Assembly (NCBI GenBank): GCA_002869275.1
Contig: PKTF01000405.1
Coordinates: forward strand, 22,808-86,807
Direction: 5' to 3'
DNA: 64,000 nt
Origin: Ignavibacteria bacterium
GTDB lineage: Bacteria; Bacteroidota; Ignavibacteria; SZUA-365
The notes under the pieces were generated by a model. The model saw nothing but the letters and a program-made list of their open reading frames with translations, was not told the origin of the DNA and did not search any database. Position numbers and translations under genes: made by a program. Within the stretch, counting starts at the first letter, position 1, and each line of letters opens with the position of its first letter. This document shows, one piece after another, positions 57,500-64,000 of this stretch.

Positions 57500-60190
57500 T
57501 TAAATGACGCCTGCCAGCAGCTCTTCCATGGTGCGCAGGAGCACTGCATGATCGACAGGTTTCGAAAAATAGCGGTTGCAACCCGCCGCCAGACAGCGGT
57601 CGCGATCTGATGCGAATGCGTGCGCTGTGACGGCGATGACGGGGATCTTGCTGTAGCGTGGGATTTTCCTGATATCCGAGACGAAATCGAGTCCGGACTC
57701 CTCTCCACCGAGTGAGACATCCGCAATCACGATCTGAACATCCCTGTTCATGACGATCTCGTTTGCATCCCCTACTCCTTCAGCAGTATAGACATTGTAA
57801 TGCTTTCGGAGGGTGATTTTCATGAACTGCCGGGTATCAGCGTCGTCTTCAATGACGAGGAGGTTCGGGAGCTTGCGTCCGTCATCGGGCTGCGGAAGCG
57901 GCTGGGTGATTTTTTCCTTGCGGACAAACTTCGATACCTGGGGAACATTCTCTTTCGAAACGATGAGCTGTTCTGGGAGCGTGATGGTAAAGATCGATCC
58001 TACGCCCCTTGCGCTTTTAACGATGATCCTTCCACCGACCTGCTCGAGATAGCGGCGGACGAGCGCCAGACCGAGTCCCACGCCCTCGAAGGCGTGTCCT
58101 GGAACGTCGTTCGCAGGTGTGGTGATCTGAAACATCTTGGACTGGTAATCCTCTGAAATTCCTACACCAGTATCCTCGATATCGATTGAGATCTCGCCTG
58201 TATCTCTAATGTAGAGACGGACTTCCACGTATCCTTTTCGAGTAAATTTAACGGCGTTTTCGAGCAGGCTCTGCAGCGATTTAGCCAGGAAACCTTCATC
58301 AGCGCGGATGCGGACGTCTCCGAGCTGGTTATCAAATGCAAGTGAAAGATTTTTCTTTTCAGCGAGAGATTTGATCTCGAGGATTTGGTCCTCAATGACC
58401 TTGCGCAGTGAAATTTCCACATTCTGGAATTCTATATTCCCGGTCTGGAGACGCGAGATATCCAGAATCAGGTCGATGGACTTGGTCAGTCGATCCGCGG
58501 ACTCGAATACGAAGCCAAAGTATTTATCCTGTTCCTCGTTCAACCCTGCTTTCAGTTCCGATGAAATATGGTTGAGATAACCGATCATGATATACAGCGG
58601 CGTCCGAATACCGTGGGAGATGTTGGCGATGAACGCGTCCTTGAGCTTGTCAGCCGCTTCCACGCTTTCCTTCGCCGCGATGAGTGACTGCTCGATTTTC
58701 TTTCTTTCACTGATATCGCTCTTGATCGCGATGTACTGGCTGATACCCCCCAGCTGATCGCGAACGGGAGTTACGGTTTGCTCTTCGTAATAGGTGCTTC
58801 CGTTCTTCTTGCGACGCACGAGTTCGCCATGCCAGACTTTGCCTGCCGTGATCGTATCCCACATCAACTTCTGCACGTTGTTGTCTTCCGGATCGACATC
58901 AAACTGCCTGATATCCCTTCCGTAAACTTCGTCGAAGGAATAACCCGTGAGTTCGGTGTAGGAAGGATTGACCCAGATGATCTTCCCTTCGTTATCGAGA
59001 ATGACTATGGCGTTTGCCGCGGCCTCGAGAGCGGCACTCTGCAAAGTGAGCTGCGATTGTGCTTCATTCCTCTCGGTGATATCGCGGACGATTGTTACGG
59101 TCTGGTCAACACCACAGGGAGCGATGCGAGCCTCAAAGTACCGTGTCATATCGATAAACGGTATCGAGTACTCCTGCACCTGTACCTCCCCTCGTGCAAG
59201 AGCTGTATCGAAATGTGGCTCGAATCTCGCCATGAGGCTCCACGCGTACTGCTCACGGGTCATATCGGTTTTGAGGTCGCCGGGCGGAATGAGAAGGACT
59301 GGATCAGGTGAGTAAATCCCCTTCCCGTCTCGCAGCAGCATCAGATCAGGTAATGCGCTGAGGACCGCTCTCTGTCGTGATTCACTCTCACGAAGGGCAT
59401 CTTCGATGCGCCGACGCTCGTTGATCTCTTCATTCAATTCTTTCGTACGATCAGAGACGCGCTGTTCGAGCGTAGAATTCGCGTTCTCGAGTTCATCATA
59501 GGCGTTCTTGAGATTCCCAACCATCTGGTTAAATGAGAATGCCAGATGCCCCACCTCATCCTGTGAAGAGACGTTGGCCCGTGTGACATAATCCCCGCTC
59601 GCGATCTGCTCCACGGTTTCCACCATGTTGCGGAGCGGATTCGTGATCACGGTTGAAACCGCGATGACGGTGACGACCCCGATAAGAAAAATGATCAGAC
59701 TGATGATGGCGATGGACGTCTGGATGTCCTCCATTTGTGCAAGGACCTCTTTCGTAGACAGTCCGATATAGACCGTACCAATTATTTCATCCCCCGAAAT
59801 GATATGCGCATACGCTTTACAGATGCCCGGATCAGCGCCCAGCGGATCGTCTGTCGAACGATAGTCAACCTTCTCTGCGGTTGGCCTGTTGATTGCCTCG
59901 ACGACATTTTCCTGGGTATCGAGGATGACCACATAGAGAAGAAGGTCGTCATCGTCCGCATGATCCAGCGCCTGGTGGCGTGCGTCGTCATCCTGGATCG
60001 ACCCATGCTGTCCGACCCACTGTGCGGTGGTCCGCGCAAGGGTTTTCGTCTGCCGTATCAGGCCCTCATTCGCTTGATCTCTTTGCCGCGCGGGGAAAAA
60101 GATGAAAATGAAGATGGATACAGTCCAGAACAGTAACGAAATCACTGCAGTGAGTTTCGCTCTGATGGAGAGGTTAGCGAACAACTTCAT
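57500..60190 (-). CDS. Hybrid sensor histidine kinase (TM-sensor-TM, HAMP, 2 PAS, HisKA, HATPase, REC)
   Basis: HAMP DEVGHLA..FN.M; PAS WVNPSYTELTGY; SHGIRTPL; NAVKFT; DTGVGI; GLGL; receiver domain. Confidence 0.94.
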   Translation of the reverse strand: MKLFANLSIRAKLTAVISLLFWTVSIFIFIFFPARQRDQANEGLIRQTKTLARTTAQWVGQHGSIQDDDARHQALDHADDDDLLLYVVILDTQENVVEAINRPTAEKVDYRSTDDPLGADPGICKAYAHIISGDEIIGTVYIGLSTKEVLAQMEDIQTSIAIISLIIFLIGVVTVIAVSTVITNPLRNMVETVEQIASGDYVTRANVSSQDEVGHLAFSFNQMVGNLKNAYDELENANSTLEQRVSDRTKELNEEINERRRIEDALRESESRQRAVLSALPDLMLLRDGKGIYSPDPVLLIPPGDLKTDMTREQYAWSLMARFEPHFDTALARGEVQVQEYSIPFIDMTRYFEARIAPCGVDQTVTIVRDITERNEAQSQLTLQSAALEAAANAIVILDNEGKIIWVNPSYTELTGYSFDEVYGRDIRQFDVDPEDNNVQKLMWDTITAGKVWHGELVRRKKNGSTYYEEQTVTPVRDQLGGISQYIAIKSDISERKKIEQSLIAAKESVEAADKLKDAFIANISHGIRTPLYIMIGYLNHISSELKAGLNEEQDKYFGFVFESADRLTKSIDLILDISRLQTGNIEFQNVEISLRKVIEDQILEIKSLAEKKNLSLAFDNQLGDVRIRADEGFLAKSLQSLLENAVKFTRKGYVEVRLYIRDTGEISIDIEDTGVGISEDYQSKMFQITTPANDVPGHAFEGVGLGLALVRRYLEQVGGRIIVKSARGVGSIFTITLPEQLIVSKENVPQVSKFVRKEKITQPLPQPDDGRKLPNLLVIEDDADTRQFMKITLRKHYNVYTAEGVGDANEIVMNRDVQIVIADVSLGGEESGLDFVSDIRKIPRYSKIPVIAVTAHAFASDRDRCLAAGCNRYFSKPVDHAVLLRTMEELLAGVI

Positions 60191-60260
60191 ACAACGCCCT
60201 TACCAGTCGTTACCTTGATCACAAACCGCGCCTTCTCTATGGCCGAATGAACTATACGTA

Positions 60261-61535
60261 TCAGTCGTCGGACTGCGCCTTTGCCTGTTCGATTTGCTGA
60301 AGAAGATTTACGCGCAGTCGCTCAAGACGCGCTGATTCATTCGCAAGCGCCGCCTGGCCTGATTGAATTTCCTTGATCTTCTTTGCAACCCTCTTTTCCA
60401 CCGACGGAACAATGTCCGCCCGTAAGATAATGATAAGTTCCTTCTTGTCGACCTGCTGTTCCTCGTAACCGAAGAGATAGCGCAGCCCAAACACCCACCA
60501 TGGCAGGTCTTTCAGGAAAGGCACACCGCGTCGGACATTCTTGTAATCATTCGACACAAGTCCGCCTACCACCGTCTCTTCTCCGTCAATGAGGATCACG
60601 GAGGTGTTTGCCAGCGTTTTATTGATAACGGTGGTGACCGGATCGGGCTGCACAGTGCTGCGCTCGGCGGCGATGACGAGATTGACGAATTCAACCGAAT
60701 CGACCTCCAACACGGTTGGAGTTACCTCGATGATCGTACCCGCGCTGTAGAACTTCTGCGTGGTATTACCAGCGAAATCTTTCATATTAACGGAGAAATC
60801 CTGACCGACCTGGATGCGCCCGGTTTCACCGGAACGTACCGAGATATTCGGACTGGAAATCAGTTCACCAAGGTTTTCCGACTGCAGCGCTTTGAGAGCC
60901 GCGAGTACTTCAACGGTCCCGTTTCCATAGGCGAGCGTTGAAATGGATCCCAGCTCGATTTCGGTCTGCCCCCCTGATCCGTCATCATCCTGAACGAAAG
61001 AGGTGGTACCGGTTGAAGATGCCAACTGGCTGAACTCCACGCTGGGAGTCGCGTTTGTCAGGAACCAGTCGAGACCGAGGCGTTCGAGTTCCGTCCGATT
61101 TGCCTCAAAAAACACGGCGGAAATCTGCACTTCACGGGTCTGAATGGCATCCTTCGCCTTCACCGCCGATGTGTCCGTGCCCCTGCCTCTGGAAGCCTGC
61201 AGCTCAAAAACCTTGATATAGTCTTCCGTTGCCTCATACCAGTGACTGGCCGCACGAAGAACGAGTTCGAACGCGTCCTGCCAGTGCATATGCGTAATGT
61301 TGATGCCGATCTTCTTGTTGTTTTTTCCGTCATAGATGATCGGGATGCTTCGGAAGCGCTTGCTGGCGTTGTTGAAAATATCAATGGCCTGAGTGAAGGT
61401 CGCCGTACCGTCAATCGAGATCAGCTCCTCGGGAGAGGTGTACTCACGGACGGGCAGCCTGTCCTGTGCCTGCAGTGTACTGCTCAGCAGCAGGAACACG
61501 CCGGTCAGAATTATGAATGCATATCGATGTTTCAT
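60261..61535 (-). CDS. pilQ: Short secretin (PilQ/GspD family)
   Basis: Signal peptide LQA-Q; REVQISAVFFE, SSPNISV, GETVVGGL-like segment, GVPFLKDLP...YLF, KKELIII. Confidence 0.88.
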   Translation of the reverse strand: MKHRYAFIILTGVFLLLSSTLQAQDRLPVREYTSPEELISIDGTATFTQAIDIFNNASKRFRSIPIIYDGKNNKKIGINITHMHWQDAFELVLRAASHWYEATEDYIKVFELQASRGRGTDTSAVKAKDAIQTREVQISAVFFEANRTELERLGLDWFLTNATPSVEFSQLASSTGTTSFVQDDDGSGGQTEIELGSISTLAYGNGTVEVLAALKALQSENLGELISSPNISVRSGETGRIQVGQDFSVNMKDFAGNTTQKFYSAGTIIEVTPTVLEVDSVEFVNLVIAAERSTVQPDPVTTVINKTLANTSVILIDGEETVVGGLVSNDYKNVRRGVPFLKDLPWWVFGLRYLFGYEEQQVDKKELIIILRADIVPSVEKRVAKKIKEIQSGQAALANESARLERLRVNLLQQIEQAKAQSDD

Positions 61536-61545
61536 GAGTGTCACC

Positions 61546-62457
61546 TTAGTTATTCCTTTTCTTACCGAGATACTGACTTTCGAGACGAAGCGTCAGAATA
61601 TAACGCTCAATGATACCCCCCTTGTTCAGGAGGAAGAGGACCTGCCTGCGTTCAGGCATGATTTTCGATACGTAGCCGAGATACACTTCATCTCCCTCGC
61701 TCAGCATGAGGAGCTGGCTTTTCTGATCACTGATAAACGCCCGACCCTTCATGATGGCCAGCAATGTGGACTGCTCGACGTTCGGAAGGTCAAAGGTGTT
61801 TGGTGGCACCTCAGGCGTCACCAGTGAGCGGAACGGATCGTGCGTGATCGCTTCGAAATTGGTTGTTTGCAGAGAGACGGTCTCCAGTGTGTCTTCGAAC
61901 GCTTTCTGATTCGAGAAATACGCGAGGAGGTCGATATCAAACTGTACGGTATGCGTGATCCGTCCGTGCTCATCATCCACCATATGCACTTCGCGAACAT
62001 CGAAATTCGTGAGTTTCATCAGACGCGGACCAAACTCGAGATACTGTATCAGCCGAATGAAGCTCTCAAACGAGCCCTGCCCCGCGAGATGGTAGCGGGT
62101 ATATCCGCATCCATTCTGCTGGACCTGTTCCTCTGTGAACACATTGAGATCCAATTCCGGACTCATGCTGAGAATACTGTTCAGATAGATATTGGAATTG
62201 CTCGATAGCTCTTCCGCAGGAAGCGTTTTCGGGCGTCTTCTCCAGGCGGCATTCAGTACTTCGACACGTTCCTGTACACCGACCAGCTTGTCAAACAGAT
62301 CATCGGCATCACCGAGCTGTTCCCGCACCTTTGCACGTTCGGCTTCCAGGTCCTCGATTTTCGGTTCCTGGTAGAAGTAAATATATCCGGCTCCCGCACC
62401 ACCGACGAGGATGAGGAGTACGACCAGAATAATGCTATTTCGTATGGCATATGGCAT
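61546..62457 (-). CDS. PilO-like protein with a C-terminal PilP-like domain
   Basis: Transmembrane segment, coiled coil, LP, 'GSFESFIRLIQYLEFGPRLM'; then DPF...AFI...LSEGDEVYLGYVSKI. Confidence 0.75.
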   Translation of the reverse strand: MPYAIRNSIILVVLLILVGGAGAGYIYFYQEPKIEDLEAERAKVREQLGDADDLFDKLVGVQERVEVLNAAWRRRPKTLPAEELSSNSNIYLNSILSMSPELDLNVFTEEQVQQNGCGYTRYHLAGQGSFESFIRLIQYLEFGPRLMKLTNFDVREVHMVDDEHGRITHTVQFDIDLLAYFSNQKAFEDTLETVSLQTTNFEAITHDPFRSLVTPEVPPNTFDLPNVEQSTLLAIMKGRAFISDQKSQLLMLSEGDEVYLGYVSKIMPERRQVLFLLNKGGIIERYILTLRLESQYLGKKRNN

Positions 62458-62460
62458 GGA

Positions 62461-64000
62461 TCAGTCCTCGTTTGGTCCAACGGTTTCCGAGGGCGGTTCT
62501 TCAGGCGGAGGAGCAGAAGGGTCCATGGATGGGGCTCCTTCGCCCGGCGGAGCGGCAGCAGAAACCGTCGTTCCACCCCTGGTGGTCTGTTGCGGAGTCG
62601 CCACGGAAAGATCGCCTAGCGCGGTGCGAACGGAATCATGCCATCTGGCAGCCTTCGAGTTGCTGTACGGTGGCAGGGAATCCGGGAAGAGTTGAATGTC
62701 ATATCGGAACACGCGATTCTCACCGATTTCCTGGACGGTGATTTCGCGGAGTACCGAGCGTCCCATATCCGTGGAGAATGTCGGGATGCCCGTCCTCTGC
62801 AGCGCATATCCGATGATTGCGAGCCCTCCGTCCTTATCCATCTTCATTTCACTGACCCAGACATTCCCCAGTTTTGCCGTGCCGAGCGAAAGCGTATCGA
62901 TCGTCTCTGTCCACAGCTCGGAATTCACGAGCAGGGTATCAAGTGTCGTGGTGGCCGTGCGGATGGCGGTGCTCCGGCTCTCGAGCTCGTTGATCTGGTT
63001 GATGATGCGCTTCTGTTCTTCCATCTGTCTTTTGTCAAATGCCAGAGCAGACGAAAGCGTGTTGATGTCGGCCTGCTTCTGCAGTCCGATGACTGTCAGT
63101 GCCGTCACTGCGAAAAACAGCAGGAACAGAAGAATAATACCGTGCCAGGCGAGTTTGAAGCGCTTCTGCTCTTCCCTGACCTTTGCCGGCAACACGTCGA
63201 GGCGGTAAAAATGCTCGTTCTTCGGCTGAAGATCCTGCCACGCCAGCGCGATCGGGATCAGATAGCTGTTCATGTCCCGCAGAATATCCTTGTCCTCGGA
63301 ATGTCCCACCCTGAGTCGTTTCAGTGAATGGAAGATCACTTCCGGATTATTCTCAAGGATTTCTTCCTTCAGTCCGATCTCCTCAGCCTTACCGCTGAGA
63401 ACCACTTTGTCGGGATTCAGGAAGCCCGCGCCCTCTGCTGTAAGCTCGATGCGGTTGTAGAGCGTAGAGACGAGATGCGCATCATGGGCGCCCTGCTGGA
63501 TGGCAGGAGCGATATACTCGATATCATGGCCTTTGAGCACGAAAAAGTGTGTCACGTCATCGTCAACGTGGATGACATGGACAATTTCATCAGCGTCGGC
63601 ACGGAAATGGACGCGCACCATGTTGATGAGTGCGACTTCGTTGCTGATGACCGAATTGATGCGCGGCGGACGACGGTCACTGCCCTGCGGGGTGGTGCAG
63701 ATGCCGATCAGCGGCGATTCCTCGACATTGGCGATGGCGAGGACCTGCTTATCACCGGCTTTCGTGAACGAGATTGCCCGCTTCGGCAGTTCGAGATTCA
63801 GCGACTTGCTGACGTCCTCGATAACCTTCGCACGAATCTTGGCGGGTGTGTCCTTTTTATCGACGGGAAACAGGAAGGTTCGCACATATGGGACTTCGAG
63901 ACCCAGGGAGAACGACGCGCGCGGAAGATAATGCGTTGCGATGAACTCCCTGATGGTACTGAGATCCATGTTCTCATTACCGTCATCTTCGCTTTCCGCA
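62461..64000 (-). CDS. PilM-PilN-like fusion protein (5' end outside the window)
   Basis: Frame stays open to the window edge; actin-like PilM features (NEVAL, VVLSG, IALA) then DVLP, transmembrane segment, coiled coil and a PilN-like domain. Confidence 0.75.
   Translation of the reverse strand, partial: AESEDDGNENMDLSTIREFIATHYLPRASFSLGLEVPYVRTFLFPVDKKDTPAKIRAKVIEDVSKSLNLELPKRAISFTKAGDKQVLAIANVEESPLIGICTTPQGSDRRPPRINSVISNEVALINMVRVHFRADADEIVHVIHVDDDVTHFFVLKGHDIEYIAPAIQQGAHDAHLVSTLYNRIELTAEGAGFLNPDKVVLSGKAEEIGLKEEILENNPEVIFHSLKRLRVGHSEDKDILRDMNSYLIPIALAWQDLQPKNEHFYRLDVLPAKVREEQKRFKLAWHGIILLFLLFFAVTALTVIGLQKQADINTLSSALAFDKRQMEEQKRIINQINELESRSTAIRTATTTLDTLLVNSELWTETIDTLSLGTAKLGNVWVSEMKMDKDGGLAIIGYALQRTGIPTFSTDMGRSVLREITVQEIGENRVFRYDIQLFPDSLPPYSNSKAARWHDSVRTALGDLSVATPQQTTRGGTTVSAAAPPGEGAPSMDPSAPPPEEPPSETVGPNED

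Overview
Gene-dense core-genome window (about 55% GC by eye) from a deep-branching Bacteroidota/FCB-group bacterium, probably Ignavibacteria-like. The lineage call rests on two proteins with T9SS-type 'LxQNYPNPFNP' C-terminal domains, secreted proteins with Gln after the signal peptide, E. coli-like TTGnnn-17-TAnnnT promoters and GGAG ribosome-binding sites. Housekeeping content includes accC/BCCP, mutS2, exbBDD, secA, dacB, the rimP-nusA-infB-rbfA-truB-ribF-rpsO-pnp operon, smpB-tyrS, lnt, ispF, a tldD/tldE pair, a sigma-54 regulator, prmA, ppx, iscS, birA, upp, an Rrf2-ALDH7 operon, a hybrid kinase and the 3' part of a pilMNOPQ-like operon. I saw no rRNA, tRNA, CRISPR array or mobile element. 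The top candidate for a new system is a small signal-peptide ORF directly upstream of secA. It ends in VFLRSAHPIRAPS, in register with the E. coli SecM arrest sequence, and has its own promoter and operator-like repeat, so it may be a new SecM-like ribosome-arrest secretion monitor. Also notable are several apparent pseudo-enzymes (Tat-exported TldD lacking HExxxH, a T9SS metzincin-like protein with HTxxH, NanE lacking its catalytic Lys, a kinase with Gly at H+1), a fused PilM-N/PilO-P/short-secretin machine and two head-to-head overlapping gene pairs. All calls are from motif reading by eye; no searches were run.
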